This document shows, one piece after another, positions 46,459 to 57,800 of a DNA stretch of 64,000 nt (position 1 is the first letter of the stretch; every line of letters begins with the position of its first letter). The stretch is from Candidatus Sericytochromatia bacterium (GTDB lineage: Bacteria; Cyanobacteriota; Sericytochromatia; S15B-MN24; JAQBPE01): positions 192,001 to 256,000 of the forward strand of contig JAYKHR010000045.1 in the NCBI GenBank assembly GCA_035285125.1, read 5' to 3'. Below the pieces are notes generated by a model that had not been told where the DNA came from, did no database searches, and worked only from the letters and a program-made list of their open reading frames with translations. Position numbers and translations under genes: made by a program.

Positions 46459-47169
46459 GAGCCACTCGTTCACACCAGCCTGCTGGGCGACACCTCACCC
46501 GCCATCCAGGACTACATCAAGGCCATCTTCAAGCTCGAGGACGGCGGAGAGGTTCCCTCCACCACCGCCATCGCCGAGAAGCTGGGCTTCGCGCCAGCCT
46601 CGGTCTCCGGGATGCTCAAGAAGCTGGCGCGCGCCGGGTGGCTGACCCACCACCCCTACCAGGGGGTGCAGCTGACGGAGCCGGGCCGCCGCCTCGCGCT
46701 GGAGCTGATCCGGCACCATCGCCTGATCGAGCTGTACCTGATCAAGGCGCTCGGCTACACCTGGGACGAGGTCGATGCCGAGGCAGAGCGGCTCGAGCAC
46801 GTCATCTCCGAGGCCATGGAGGACCGCATGGCCGCCTTCCTGAAAGAGCCCACCGAGGACCCGCACGGCGACCCCATCCCGGCCCGCGATGGCTCGATGC
46901 CCTCCGTGCGCTGGACGCCCCTCTCGGCGATCGCCCCGGGCCAGGCCGTGCGCATCCGTCGCGTGAAGGACAGCGACCCGGCCCTGCTGCGCTACCTCGG
47001 GGGCCTCGGCATGTACCCCCACGCCGTGCTCGACGTTCTGGAGCGGGCCCCCTTCGACGGGCCCCTGACCATCCGCGTGCAGCCTGGCGATGCCCGCCAC
47101 GCCCTGGGTTCCCACGTCACGGACAGCGTGTTCGTCGAGTGCCTGAGCGCCCCGGAGGTGGCCCGATGA
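46450..47169 (+). CDS. mntR: DtxR/MntR-family metal-dependent repressor with FeoA domain
   Basis: QDYIKAIFKL, SVSGMLKKL, RHHRLIELYL, EAERLEH, DPHGDPIP. Confidence 0.92.
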   Translation: MPKEPLVHTSLLGDTSPAIQDYIKAIFKLEDGGEVPSTTAIAEKLGFAPASVSGMLKKLARAGWLTHHPYQGVQLTEPGRRLALELIRHHRLIELYLIKALGYTWDEVDAEAERLEHVISEAMEDRMAAFLKEPTEDPHGDPIPARDGSMPSVRWTPLSAIAPGQAVRIRRVKDSDPALLRYLGGLGMYPHAVLDVLERAPFDGPLTIRVQPGDARHALGSHVTDSVFVECLSAPEVAR

Positions 47170-48062
47170 GCCGCCGACGCCTGCTCGCGCTGGCCCTGTC
47201 CGGGCTCCTGGGCTCGGGCGCGTGCGCCGCCAGGCCAGCATCCGGGGGCGGGGCAATCCCCGTGGTGGCCACCACCACCATGGTGACGGACCTCGTGCGG
47301 CACGTCGGTGGGCCGCGCGTCGCGGTGCACGGGCTGCTCGCGCCGGGCGGCGATCCCCACGTCTACCGGCCTGTGCCCGCCGACGCGGAGGCCGTCGCCG
47401 GGGCCCGGCTGGTCGTCCACAACGGCCTCCACCTCGAGCCCTGGCTGCCGGACCTGGCCCGCCAGGCCAGCCCCACCGTGCCCGTCGTCGCCGTGGCCGA
47501 GGCCATCCCGCACCGCCAGAGCCAGGCCGACCCCAAGGTGCCCGACCCCCACGTCTGGTTCGACGTGGCCCGCTGGCGGCGGACCGTCGGCGTCGTGGTG
47601 GGGGCCCTCACGCGGCTCGACCCGGCTGGTCTGGACACCTACGAGGCCAACGGCCGCCTGTATGACGCCCAGCTCGCGGCGCTGGACGCCTGGGTGCGGC
47701 GTCGACTCGCGGTGGTGCCGACCCCGCGGCGCCGCCTGGTCACGAGCCATGACGCCTTCGCCTACTTCGGCGAGGCCTACGGCTTTGAGGTCGTCGCCCT
47801 GCAGGGCGTCTCGACCGAGGCGGAGGCCAGCACGCAGGATGTCAGCCGGGCGCTCGCCATCCTCAAGGCGGGCGCGGTGCCCATGGTCTTTTTCGAGAGC
47901 TCCGTGAACCCCAAGCTCATCGAGGCGCTGGCCTCCCAGGGCCAAGTGCGTCTGGGGGGGCCCCTTTACAGTGACTCGACCGGGGTCCTCGAGGGCTCGG
48001 GTGGCAGCTACGTGGGGATGGTGCGGGACAACGTCACGCGCCTCGTGGAGGGGCTGCGATGA
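47166..48062 (+). CDS. Mn/Zn ABC transporter substrate-binding lipoprotein (TroA/MntA family)
   Basis: DPHVY, HNGLHLE, DPHVWFD, HDAFAYF, LYSDS. Confidence 0.93.
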   Translation: MSRRRLLALALSGLLGSGACAARPASGGGAIPVVATTTMVTDLVRHVGGPRVAVHGLLAPGGDPHVYRPVPADAEAVAGARLVVHNGLHLEPWLPDLARQASPTVPVVAVAEAIPHRQSQADPKVPDPHVWFDVARWRRTVGVVVGALTRLDPAGLDTYEANGRLYDAQLAALDAWVRRRLAVVPTPRRRLVTSHDAFAYFGEAYGFEVVALQGVSTEAEASTQDVSRALAILKAGAVPMVFFESSVNPKLIEALASQGQVRLGGPLYSDSTGVLEGSGGSYVGMVRDNVTRLVEGLR

Positions 48063-48841
48063 GCGAGCGCTGCCACGAGGGGCTCGGCGTCACGGGCCTG
48101 AGCGCCGGCTACCCCGGCCACCCCGTGCTGCGGGACGTCGCCTTCAGCCTGCCCCGGGGCACGCTGACGGGGGTGCTCGGGCCGAACGGGGCGGGCAAGA
48201 GCACCTTGCTGAAGGCCGTGCTGGGGCTCCTGCCCCACGCCTCGGGGGAGGTGCGGGTGCTCGGAGGGGGCCTCGCGGCCCGGCGGCGCGGTGTCGCCTA
48301 CGTGCCGCAGCGCTCGGCCGTCGATTGGGACTTCCCCGCCACCGTGAAGGATGTCGTGATCATGGGCCGCCACGGCCACAGCCCCTGGTGGGCGCCCTGG
48401 CGGCGGTCGGACCACGCGGCGGCCGAGGCCGCGCTGGCCCGCGTCGACCTGAGCGCCCTGGCCGACCGCCGCATCGGGGACCTTTCCGGAGGCCAGCAGC
48501 AGCGGGTCTTCCTGGCGCGGGCGCTGGCCCAGGGGGCCGAGCTCTACCTGCTCGACGAGCCCTTCGCGGGCGTCGATGCCACGAGCGAGGCCCTGATCCT
48601 CGCGCAGCTCCAGGCCATCCGAGACGGCGGCGGGACGGTGGTCGTCGTCCACCACGACCTGCACACGGCCCGACAGGCCTTCGACCACCTGTTGCTGCTC
48701 AACCGGGGGGTCGTGGCCTGCGGGCCGACGGCCGAGGTCTACACGCCTGCGGCCCTGCAGGCGGCTTACGGCGGCCGGTTGCTCGTGTTCGACGCGGGGG
48801 CCGCCCAGGCGGCGCCCCAGCCGCTCGGACAGCCGTCCTGA
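48059..48841 (+). CDS. Mn/Zn ABC transporter ATPase
   Basis: GPNGAGKST, LSGGQQQR, LDEPF, VHHDL. Confidence 0.95.
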   Translation: MSERCHEGLGVTGLSAGYPGHPVLRDVAFSLPRGTLTGVLGPNGAGKSTLLKAVLGLLPHASGEVRVLGGGLAARRRGVAYVPQRSAVDWDFPATVKDVVIMGRHGHSPWWAPWRRSDHAAAEAALARVDLSALADRRIGDLSGGQQQRVFLARALAQGAELYLLDEPFAGVDATSEALILAQLQAIRDGGGTVVVVHHDLHTARQAFDHLLLLNRGVVACGPTAEVYTPAALQAAYGGRLLVFDAGAAQAAPQPLGQPS

Positions 48842-48848
48842 GGGCCTC

Positions 48849-49742
48849 GTGATGGCGAGCCCCGTCGAGCCAGCCTGGCTCTCTTCCCTGTGGGAGCTGC
48901 TCACGCTGCAGCCCGACTTCCTGCGCCTCAGCCTGGCGGGCACGGCGCTGATCGGCGTGTCGTGCGGCGTGCTGGGCTGCTTCATCATCCTTCGCCGCCT
49001 CGCGCTGTTCGGCGACGCCCTCGGCCACGCCGTCCTGCCGGGCGTGCTGCTTGGTTGGGTGCTTGGCGGGTGGTCCTACCCCGCCATCTTCGGCGGGGCG
49101 CTGGTGGCCGGCCTCGTGGCGGCGGGCCTGGTGGCCGTGATCCCGCGGATCACCCGCCACCGCCCCGACACCGCCATCGGCGTGGTGTTCACGGGGATGT
49201 TCGGGCTCGGCGTCGCCATCCTGAGCACGCGTCAGGTGGGCTCGGGAGGCGTGACGAGCCTCCTGTTCGGCCAGGCCCTCGGCATCGGGCCCGACGACGT
49301 CGCCAGGGCTGCGGTGTTGCTCGCCGGGACGCTTCTGCTGCTGGCCCTCGGGTGGCGCCCCCTCCAGCTGCTGACCTTCGACCCTGAGGGCGCTGCAGCG
49401 CGTGGGCTGCCCGTCTTGGCCCTGACAGCAGCCCTGATGCTGGCGCTCACGGGCACCGTCGTCGTGAGCCTGCCGATCGTGGGCGCCCTGCTCGTGGTGG
49501 CCCTGCTCGTGATTCCCGGGGCCACGGCCTTCCTGCTCGTGGATCGGTTCGGCCCCATGCTGGCGCTGGCGGGCCTGGTCGGTGGCCTTGCCGCCTTCGG
49601 CGGGCTGGCCCTCAGCCACCTCTGCGGCTGGGCCAGCGGGGCCTCCATCGTCCTGGCGGCGGCCTGTGAGTTCGCTCTGGCCCTGGTCGTGCACACCACG
49701 CGCCGGCGGCTGCGCCCGGGAGGGCCTGCCGCCCGTGCCTGA
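48849..49742 (+). CDS. Mn/Zn ABC transporter permease
   Basis: LRRLALFGDALGHAVLPG, DTAIG, LLFG, TFDP. Confidence 0.92.
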   Translation: MMASPVEPAWLSSLWELLTLQPDFLRLSLAGTALIGVSCGVLGCFIILRRLALFGDALGHAVLPGVLLGWVLGGWSYPAIFGGALVAGLVAAGLVAVIPRITRHRPDTAIGVVFTGMFGLGVAILSTRQVGSGGVTSLLFGQALGIGPDDVARAAVLLAGTLLLLALGWRPLQLLTFDPEGAAARGLPVLALTAALMLALTGTVVVSLPIVGALLVVALLVIPGATAFLLVDRFGPMLALAGLVGGLAAFGGLALSHLCGWASGASIVLAAACEFALALVVHTTRRRLRPGGPAARA

Positions 49743-50583
49743 GTGGTCGTCCAGCCTCACGGCCCCCTGGTTCTGGCACGCCACGCTGCAGGTCGTCGTG
49801 GTGGGCGTGCTGTGCAGTCTCGTCGGCGTGTTCCTGATCCTGCGGCGGCTCAGCCTGCTGGCGGACGCCGTCAGCCACTCCGTGCTGCCGGGCGTGGTGC
49901 TCGGCTGGCTGGTGGGGGGCTACTCCGTCGTCGCCTTCCTGACCGGGGCGGTGGCCTCTGGGCTTGCTTGCGTCGGGATGACGGGGTGGATCACCCGGCA
50001 CACCCGGCTCAAGGAGGACGCGGCCATGGGCGTCTCCTTCTCGGCCCTCTTCGCCACGGGCATCGTCATGGTCTCCGCCGTGCGCGGGCTCGACCTCGAC
50101 CCCGGCTGCGTGGTCTACGGGGAGCCCCTGGCCTCCCGGCCCGAGAGCCTCGTCGTTGCAGGCATCCTGCTTGCGGTCACGCTCCTCGCGGGCGCCTTGG
50201 CCTACCGCCCGTTGGTCGCCGCCACCTTCGACCCCGTCCACGCAGAGGTGGCTGGCGTCCCGACTGGCCTGCTCCACCTCACGCTGCTGACCCTCGTCGC
50301 GCTGGCCACCGTGGCGGCCCTGCGGGCCGTCGGCATCGTGCTCGCCATCGCCTTCTTCATCACGCCGGGCGCGACGGCCATGTTGCTGGCCCGACGGCTG
50401 CCCGGCGTGCTGGCGGGGGCCGTCGCGCTGGCTGCGGGCGAGGCGGTCGCAGGGATGGCCGTGGCCGTCTGGCTCAACGCCAGCCCGGCCGGGGTGACGG
50501 CCACGCTCGGCCTCGCGGGGTTCTTGCTGGTGGCCGCCGGCCGGGCGTGGCGGCTGAGGTGGCTCTCCCGCCGCCCAGCGTGA
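49735..50583 (+). CDS. Mn/Zn ABC transporter permease 2
   Basis: LRRLSLLADAVSHSVLPG, KEDAAMG, TFDP; GTG start overlapping the previous gene. Confidence 0.9.
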   Translation: MPEWSSSLTAPWFWHATLQVVVVGVLCSLVGVFLILRRLSLLADAVSHSVLPGVVLGWLVGGYSVVAFLTGAVASGLACVGMTGWITRHTRLKEDAAMGVSFSALFATGIVMVSAVRGLDLDPGCVVYGEPLASRPESLVVAGILLAVTLLAGALAYRPLVAATFDPVHAEVAGVPTGLLHLTLLTLVALATVAALRAVGIVLAIAFFITPGATAMLLARRLPGVLAGAVALAAGEAVAGMAVAVWLNASPAGVTATLGLAGFLLVAAGRAWRLRWLSRRPA

Positions 50584-50591
50584 GCCCGCCC

Positions 50592-51314
50592 TCAGTCGCG
50601 CTCCAGGGCCTCGCGGCGCCTCCGCGCCTCGTCGGCCAGGGCCCGCAGCTGATCCTCCACGTAGGCCAGGCCCCGGGCCGAGGCCTTGCGCCCCTCGGCG
50701 CCGAAGATCGCCCGGCTGACGTCACCCAACAGGTCGCCGAGCCGCTCACCCTCGTGGGCCTCGTCGGGTCGGAAGGTCTCGCCGCAGCCCAGGCAGCGCT
50801 GGGCTGCCCCAGGGGCCGCCGTGACGAGGTTGCGCTGCTGGCAGTGCGGGCAGCGCGCCTGGCTGCCCGCAGCTGGCGGCGGGGCCTCGTGGGCGGCGTC
50901 CCTCGGCTCGCCCCGCGCGGGCGTCCCGAGGCTGTGGCCGCACTGGCTGCAGCGGGCCGCCACGACGCGCGGGTCGGCAGCCACCCGGTTCAGGGCGCCA
51001 CACTGATCGCACAGGGCCACCGAGGTCTTGCCTGACGGCGGCCGCGGCGAGGCGCCGCCGGTGGACCGGGGGCTCGGCCGCGCAGGCTGCCCCGCGGCTG
51101 GCCGGGCCTTGTGGTCGCGGTCATAGGCTGCGCGCCGGCCCGCGTCCAGCAGCACGTCAGCGGCCTCGTTCACGGCGGCCAGCGCCGCCGCGTCGCCCCC
51201 GAGGTCCGGGTGCAGTCGCTTGGCCAGGGCCCGATAGGCCGCCTTGATCTCCCGTTCGGAGGCCGCTGGCGAGACGCCGAGGCGCTCGTAGAAGTCGTCC
51301 GTGGAGCGCGGCAC
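50592..51314 (-). CDS. J-domain protein with two Zn ribbons
   Basis: FYERLGV..IKAAYR..HPD; CDQC/CSQC and CPHC/CLGC. Confidence 0.85.
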   Translation of the reverse strand: MPRSTDDFYERLGVSPAASEREIKAAYRALAKRLHPDLGGDAAALAAVNEAADVLLDAGRRAAYDRDHKARPAAGQPARPSPRSTGGASPRPPSGKTSVALCDQCGALNRVAADPRVVAARCSQCGHSLGTPARGEPRDAAHEAPPPAAGSQARCPHCQQRNLVTAAPGAAQRCLGCGETFRPDEAHEGERLGDLLGDVSRAIFGAEGRKASARGLAYVEDQLRALADEARRRREALERD

Positions 51315-51319
51315 GGGCG

Positions 51320-52504
51320 TCAGAGCCGCACGGAGAGCTCGCGGCCGACCCGCTCGGCCAGGGCCGACAGGCGTGCCTGAAGGGCGGCCTCGCTGCCCTC
51401 CGTCACGAGCAGCCCGAGGTGGTGGGGCTTGGCTGGCAGGGCCTGCACGCCGGGCTCCACGTACGGCGTCGCATCCGGACGCTCCGTGGCCGTGGCGGTG
51501 GCGAGCACGCCCGCGTACACGTCCTTGCTCCGGGTCACCGAGTAGGGGGGCTGCACCTCGCCGACCTCGAGCCGGGCCCACTCGGCCCACAGGTTGATGC
51601 CACTCTCAGCCTCGATCATGTCCTCGATCAGCCCCGCGCCCACGCGGGCGCTGGCCTCGAGGAAGTAGAACTCGCCGTCCTCCGCACCCCGGATGTACTC
51701 GATGTGGAACACCCCGGCCAGCATCCCGAAGGCCGCGATGACCTGGCGGTTGAGGGCGTAGAGGGCCTGGGCCTCCTCGCCTTGCTCCTCGAGGCGCCAG
51801 GTGGTGTAGACGCCGCCCTGCGTGTGGAGGTCCAAGATGGGGGTGCCATAGCGGTGGGCCGACTCGAAGACCACCTGACCGCCCGTCACCACGCCGTCTA
51901 CGTGGTACACCGTGCCTGGCGTGTAGCGCTCCAGCACGTGGTGGCTGGCCCGGTCGCCCAGCGCGTCGAGCGCCTTCCAGACCGCGTCCCGGTCGCTGAG
52001 CTTCTGGATGCCCTTCGACGACGCGGCCATCCGAGGCTTGAGCACCCATGGCCCCGGCACGTCCTGCAGGAACTGGGCGATCGCGGGGTGGTGAATGGCC
52101 CCGATGTAGGCTGGAACCTTGATGCCACGTCCCGCGGCCCGCTCGCGCATCGCCAGCTTGTCACGGAAGTAGCGGGCCGTGGTCTCCCCCATCCCCGGGA
52201 TCCGCAGGTGCTCGCGGAGCCGGGCGGCGATTTCGATGTCGTACTCGCCAGGGCCCACGAGCCGGTCGATCTGCTCCGTCCGGGCGAGGTAGCCCACCGC
52301 GTTCTCGACGCCGAGCGGGTCGAAGATGTCCGGGACGGCGTAAAGCGCGTCCATCAGGTCCCGCGGCCAGTCGTAGCCCAGCGCGTCCGCCCGCGTCAGC
52401 ACCACCACGCGGTGCCCCTGGCGCTTGAGTTCGCGAAGGAACGACTCTGCATAGAGGCCGTGGGTGGCGGCCATGACGACGAAGAAATGCAGCGGCTTGG
52501 TCAT
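51320..52504 (-). CDS. ATP-grasp domain protein
   Basis: FRDKLAMR, VLKPR, YHVDG, HIEYI, FLEASARVG. Confidence 0.88.
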   Translation of the reverse strand: MTKPLHFFVVMAATHGLYAESFLRELKRQGHRVVVLTRADALGYDWPRDLMDALYAVPDIFDPLGVENAVGYLARTEQIDRLVGPGEYDIEIAARLREHLRIPGMGETTARYFRDKLAMRERAAGRGIKVPAYIGAIHHPAIAQFLQDVPGPWVLKPRMAASSKGIQKLSDRDAVWKALDALGDRASHHVLERYTPGTVYHVDGVVTGGQVVFESAHRYGTPILDLHTQGGVYTTWRLEEQGEEAQALYALNRQVIAAFGMLAGVFHIEYIRGAEDGEFYFLEASARVGAGLIEDMIEAESGINLWAEWARLEVGEVQPPYSVTRSKDVYAGVLATATATERPDATPYVEPGVQALPAKPHHLGLLVTEGSEAALQARLSALAERVGRELSVRL

Positions 52505-52552
52505 GCGCCTATCTTACCCCATCGGGCCGGGCCCCCGTGCGGGTGGGCCCGC

Positions 52553-54214
52553 TCAACCCAGCAAGGTCTTGCGCTTTTGCTCCTCGAGCACCTCCACGAC
52601 CATCGCCTTGAGCTGCGCCTCGGTGCCCAGCGTGGCCGTGTGCCGAAGCAGCGAGCGGGCCGTGACGGTGACGAGGTCCCGCGTGAGCGCGACGTTGCTC
52701 GGGTCGTTCACGGCGCGCAGCATCGTGGCCTGCATCTGGGCCACGGTCTCGGCCACGGCCCGCCGGATCAGGAGCTCGGGCCAGTCGCCGAGCAGGGGGA
52801 GCTCCTTCAGCTGCGCGTAGGCGGGGGCTTGCTCCAGCGCCTGCTGGGCCGTCCGCGTGACCAGCGCCTCCAGGGTGGGTCGCACGTCGGGCAGCACGCG
52901 CTCGACGACCATCGCCAGGTTGGCTTCGATCAGGCCCTCAAGCTCCTTGCGCTGGCGCGGCGTCAGCGTGTCCAGGGCCTTCTCGAGGCTGAAGTCGCGC
53001 ACGCCATCCTGGTAGCTCGACAAGAGCTTGACGTTCACCAGGTCCGCCACGGCGTCGAGGGGCCGGGCCAGGTAGGGCCGCATGATGGCCACCGGGTTGA
53101 TCAGCCCGAGCCGTTCCATCCGGGCGCTGACGGAGATGATCCGCACCACGTGCAGGGGGCCCTGCAGCGTGCTGGGCAGGGCGTACATGAAGAGGGGCAG
53201 CACATAAATCACGTCGTACCAGCGGGCCGCCACGAACAGCGTGAAGTTGGGGTACACGCCGCGCCTGACGCCCACCAGGCCGCGCGTCAGGAACTCCGCC
53301 ACGAAGACGGGCAAGAACATGCAGTCGATGAGCCAGAAGAAGTTGGCCGGCTCCCCGTTCTCCCTGTACGTCTGCCAGTGGTTGCGGTCCAGCAGCGGCA
53401 CGACCTCCGCCTCGAACCAGGCTGCCTCCCCCTCCAGCCTCTCGGGGGAGAGGTTTTCAGCGGACCAGAACCCGTCCAGCCGCCGGTCGGCGGACGGGAC
53501 TGCTTGCTGCCGCCGGGCGGCGTAGGCGACCGACCCGATCATCGACTCGGTGGCCGACAGCGCGTCCCAGGGGTTCGTGGGCTTCAAGAAGCCCCAGAGC
53601 CTCACCTCCAGGGGCACCGGGCGCCCGCTGGCGTCCCGGTCGCGGCGCCACCGCTCCTGGCACCATGCCCAGGTATAGGGGGCCTTCCACGTCCGCACGG
53701 CCTTGCGGAACCTCGGAGCCTCCTCCCAGGCGTGGCGCCTGAAGCGCGACTTGAGTCGCTCAGACACGCCCCGCAGCCCCGCCGTCAGGAAGGGGTCGCG
53801 GTCGACGAGGTCGGTCGACCGGCGCCGCATCTTGTCTATCGCGTCGCGTGCTGCAATGCTTTGCGGGCTCTTGGAGAGCAGCGCGAAGGCGGCGCGGGCC
53901 TCGCGCCCGTACGCCTCCGTCTCCCGGTGGGGCTCGATGCCCCGCACGGCGTCATACTTGGCGACCAGAGCCGACCAGCCCTGGGCCTGGTAGACGTGGC
54001 GGAAGGTGAGGTAGGTGTAGTCGAAGAGGACCAGCGTCAGGTTGACGATGGCCAGCACCAAGATCAGCCAGTTGGCCGAGACGTCGAAAAGACGCCACCC
54101 TCGCCCGGCAGAGGTGCCGAGGTCAGGAGACCGCTCGCCGGATAGGTTAGCCAGGCTTGCAACGGCGCGATCGAGTTCCGGGCGTGGGCCCGGCTCAGCG
54201 CCTGGGCGGGCCAC
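52553..54214 (-). CDS. Membrane protein with ion-transporter-like TM segments
   Basis: [31 protein letters not shown]; long helical C-terminus; start uncertain. Confidence 0.7.
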   Translation of the reverse strand: MARPGAEPGPRPELDRAVASLANLSGERSPDLGTSAGRGWRLFDVSANWLILVLAIVNLTLVLFDYTYLTFRHVYQAQGWSALVAKYDAVRGIEPHRETEAYGREARAAFALLSKSPQSIAARDAIDKMRRRSTDLVDRDPFLTAGLRGVSERLKSRFRRHAWEEAPRFRKAVRTWKAPYTWAWCQERWRRDRDASGRPVPLEVRLWGFLKPTNPWDALSATESMIGSVAYAARRQQAVPSADRRLDGFWSAENLSPERLEGEAAWFEAEVVPLLDRNHWQTYRENGEPANFFWLIDCMFLPVFVAEFLTRGLVGVRRGVYPNFTLFVAARWYDVIYVLPLFMYALPSTLQGPLHVVRIISVSARMERLGLINPVAIMRPYLARPLDAVADLVNVKLLSSYQDGVRDFSLEKALDTLTPRQRKELEGLIEANLAMVVERVLPDVRPTLEALVTRTAQQALEQAPAYAQLKELPLLGDWPELLIRRAVAETVAQMQATMLRAVNDPSNVALTRDLVTVTARSLLRHTATLGTEAQLKAMVVEVLEEQKRKTLLG

Positions 54215-54464
54215 CGGGTCCGCCCGGGCCTCCTGGGCCGAAGGACACCTTCTCGCGGAAGGTGATCCGGCCTCGCGTCAGGTCGTACGGCGAGAGCTCG
54301 ACGCGGACCTTGTCTCCGAGCAGCACCTTGATGCGGAAGCGCCGCATGCGCCCCGCCAGGTGGCCGAGCACCTCGTGACCGTTTTCGAGGATGATGCGGA
54401 ACATGCCGTTGGAGAGAGCCTCCTGCACGGTGCCCGTCATCTCGAGGACGTCTTCTTTCGCCAT
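54195..54464 (-). CDS. infA: Translation initiation factor IF-1 with Gly/Pro tail
   Basis: [38 protein letters not shown]. Confidence 0.96.
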   Translation of the reverse strand: MAKEDVLEMTGTVQEALSNGMFRIILENGHEVLGHLAGRMRRFRIKVLLGDKVRVELSPYDLTRGRITFREKVSFGPGGPGGPGGPPRR

Positions 54465-54805
54465 CGTTCCGTCAGTCACGCTCCGTGGTCGCCCGGACGC
54501 TCTGGCCCGGGAGTGTGAGCTACGCCCCCATGCCCTGAGCACCAGAAGACGGCGCGGCGAGGCCTCGGTCCTCCCCAATCACCCCCTCACCTCCCAATGA
54601 AAGGGTGCCGGAGCGGCTCCGACGCGTCGCCCGCTTGTCAAAGTTGCGCAGGAAGCGGGTTTGAACCCAACCGTATCATACCCTCGGGCGGGGCGGGAAT
54701 GACGCAGATCACGCTTCGGGCCAATCCTTGGTACAATCTCGCTTTCCCTCCACCAGCCCGGCCCGCCCGGCTCGAGCGCCACGCCACGGGGTTGCCGCGA
54801 CCGTT

Positions 54806-57800
54806 ATGCTCGATTGGGATCTCAAGAAGTGGGCCGACCCGGCCACCCTGCGGCGAGGCGCCGCCTACGTCAAGCGCGGCGCCGTCGGGCCCCGCACCGT
54901 GGCGGCGGGGCCCGGCGGCGCGCTGACGGTCCAGGCGGAGGTGGACGAAGGCGCCCTCGCCCCGATGGTCGTGAACCTGGCCTGGGATGGGCGGCAGCTG
55001 ACGGCGACGTGCACCTGTCCGATGGCCCCGCCGTGCAAGCACACCGTGGCGGTCGCGTTGGCCCAGATGCAGGACCCCGCCCCCGACGTGCTGCCGAGCG
55101 CTGGCACGGGGCCACGCCCGGGGCAGGAGGTGTTGTTCTACAATGTGCACCTCGCGCCTCCGCCGAAGCGCATGGAGCGGGAGTACCTGCGCAGCCTGGC
55201 CGTCTGGCTGTCTCTGGAGCGCGCGATCGTCATGGAAGACGGCCTGCCGGGCATGCCCAGGCCCTTGGCGATGTGGGGGCCCATCAAGCGAGATGGGCTG
55301 ACGGAGTCTGACCGGGCCGTGCTCGACCTGCTCGAGCCCTACTACCGCTCCCGCAACCGGGACTTCTCGTCCTCGCATGCCCACGGCATTCCGCTTCGCG
55401 ACGACATGGTCAACCAGGTCTTCGCGCTCCTCGCCCGTTGCCCCTTCATTTTCGGCGCGGGACGGACCCCGCTCGAGCTGCGTCCCGACCAGCCCGTGCG
55501 GAGCGTTGGAGGCCCTTACGAGTCGCTGTGGGACATCGACGGCCAGCTGGTGACCGGGGTGCCCGTGCGGCTGGTGGGCCAGGACCCGCCCTGGCTGCTG
55601 GTGCGCGACGCGTTGCGGCCGCTGCTCGAGCCTCCCGTCGCCCCGGCGGCAGATGGTGACCCGGAGGCCGACGGCCCCGCCATCGAACTCAACCTGGCTG
55701 AGACCGTCCTCCACCCGCCCGTCGCGCCGCGCCCCCGGCTCAACCTGTCCGAGGAAGGGGACCGCCTGGTGGCCCGCCTGACCTTCCGTTACGCCACCTC
55801 GTCGCCGGTCTCGCCACACGACGCGCGCTCCCTGGTGCCCGGCGAGGTGGAGGGCGCCTGGGGGGCCTGGGAGCGAGACCAGGCCGCCGAGCGGCTGCTG
55901 GTGGAGCGCCTGGCGGCCACGCCCCTCGACTCCCGTGGGGGGGGGCAGTACCTGGCTTGGGGAGAGCCCGCCCTGGCCTTCCTCATGGAGGGCGTGCCCG
56001 CGCTCATCGCCGAGGGCTGGGAGGTTTACGGCGAGGAGCGGCTTGCCCGGCTGCGCGTCAACCGCTCCTCGGCCCACGTCTCCATCGGCATCAGCTCCGG
56101 CATCGACTGGTTCGACGTCAAGACGTCCGTGACGATCGACGGCGAGCAGGTGCCCTGGGCGGCGCTGCGCGAGGCCTTCCGCTCCAACTCGCGGTTCGTT
56201 CGGCTGGGCTCCGGGGCCTTCGGGCGCCTGCCCGAGGACTGGCTGACCCGCCAGGCTCAGCTGTCACAGAGCTTGGGCTTCTCTGGCGAGGAGGCCGAGG
56301 AAGGCTTCGTTCAGCGCCTTCCGCGTTATCTGGCGCCTGCGGCCCGGGAGATGCTGGAGGCCGTCGAGGACGCCAGCGTCGACGTCGACTGGCGCCGGTT
56401 CCTCTCCGGGTTGGAGGGCGTCGAGGCGATCCAGGAGGTGCCCACCCCGAAGGGCTTCCTCGGCGAGCTGCGCCACTACCAGTCCCGTGGCCTGGCGCGG
56501 CTTTGCTTCTGGCGGGACTACGGCCTGCACGGCATCCTGGCCGACGACATGGGCCTTGGCAAGACGATCCAGGCGATCGCGCTGCTGCTGGCCGAGCAGG
56601 AGGGTGGCAATGCCGGCCCGAGCCTGCTCGTGGCCCCCACCAGCGTGGTCTACAACTGGGAGCAGGAGATCGCCCGCTTCGCGCCAGGCCTCAAGGTGCT
56701 GGTGCTGCACGGACAGGACCGACACGCGCGGTTCGACGAGCTGCCCACGTCGGACGTGGTCATCACGAGCTACGGCCTGCTGCAGCGGGACCGCTCCATC
56801 TTGCTGGAGCAGCCCTTCAACTACGCCATCCTCGACGAGGCCCAGAAGATCAAGAACCCGCGCTCCCAGGCGGCCAAGATGGCCTGTCGCATCCGCGCCC
56901 GGCGCCGACTCTGCCTGACGGGCACCCCGATCGAGAACAACCTGCTGGAGTTCTGGAGCCTGTTCAACTACCTGATGCCCGGGCTGCTCGGCAACGAGCG
57001 GCACTTCCGGCAGACCTACTTCAAGCCCGACCCCGAGGACGCCGAGCTCGCGCGTGAGCGCCTGCGCCGGATGACGAGGCCGTTTTTGCTGCGCCGGCTC
57101 AAGCAGGACGTCGCCACCGACCTGCCACCGCGCAGCGAGATCGTTTCGTACTGCGAGCTCGGGCCCGAGCAGCGCAAGCTCTACGACGACACGCTGGCTG
57201 CCGTGCGGGGCCACATCTTCGCCGAGGTGCGCTCGCGGGGCTTGCGACGGGCCCACTTCCACGTGCTGGAGGGCCTGTTGAGGCTCCGGCAGGTCGCCTG
57301 CGATCCGCGCCTGGTGCTGCGGGACGACAGCCACGTGCCCTCCGCGAAGGTGGAGCACTTCATGGAGCTCCTGCGGGAGATGCTGGCAGAGGGCCATCGC
57401 GTGCTCGTCTTCTCGCAGTTCGTGAAGATGCTGGCCCTCCTGCGGGAGGCCTTGGAGGCCGAGGACATCCGGTACGCCTACCTCGACGGCCAGACCCGCG
57501 ACCGCCTCGAGCGCGTGCAGCGGTTCAACCAGGACGACACGCCCGTGTTCCTTATCAGCCTGAAGGCAGGTGGCACCGGCCTCAACCTCACGGGGGCCGA
57601 CTACGTCATCCACTTCGATCCGTGGTGGAACCCCGCCGTGGAGGACCAGGCCACGGACCGGGCCCACCGCATCGGCCAGACCCGGCACGTCTTCAGCTAC
57701 AAGATGATCGCCCGCGGCACCGTCGAGGAGAAGGTGTTGAGCCTTCAGGGTCAGAAGCGGCAGATCGTGCAGGACGTGCTTGGGGGCTCGGATCTCGGCG

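Noticed and set aside
51419..54145. Very long antisense ORFs (908 aa here; also 4677-6968, 17092-19233, 36223-38382)
   Set aside because: Shadow ORFs caused by stop-codon scarcity at high GC; the opposite strand carries recognisable genes
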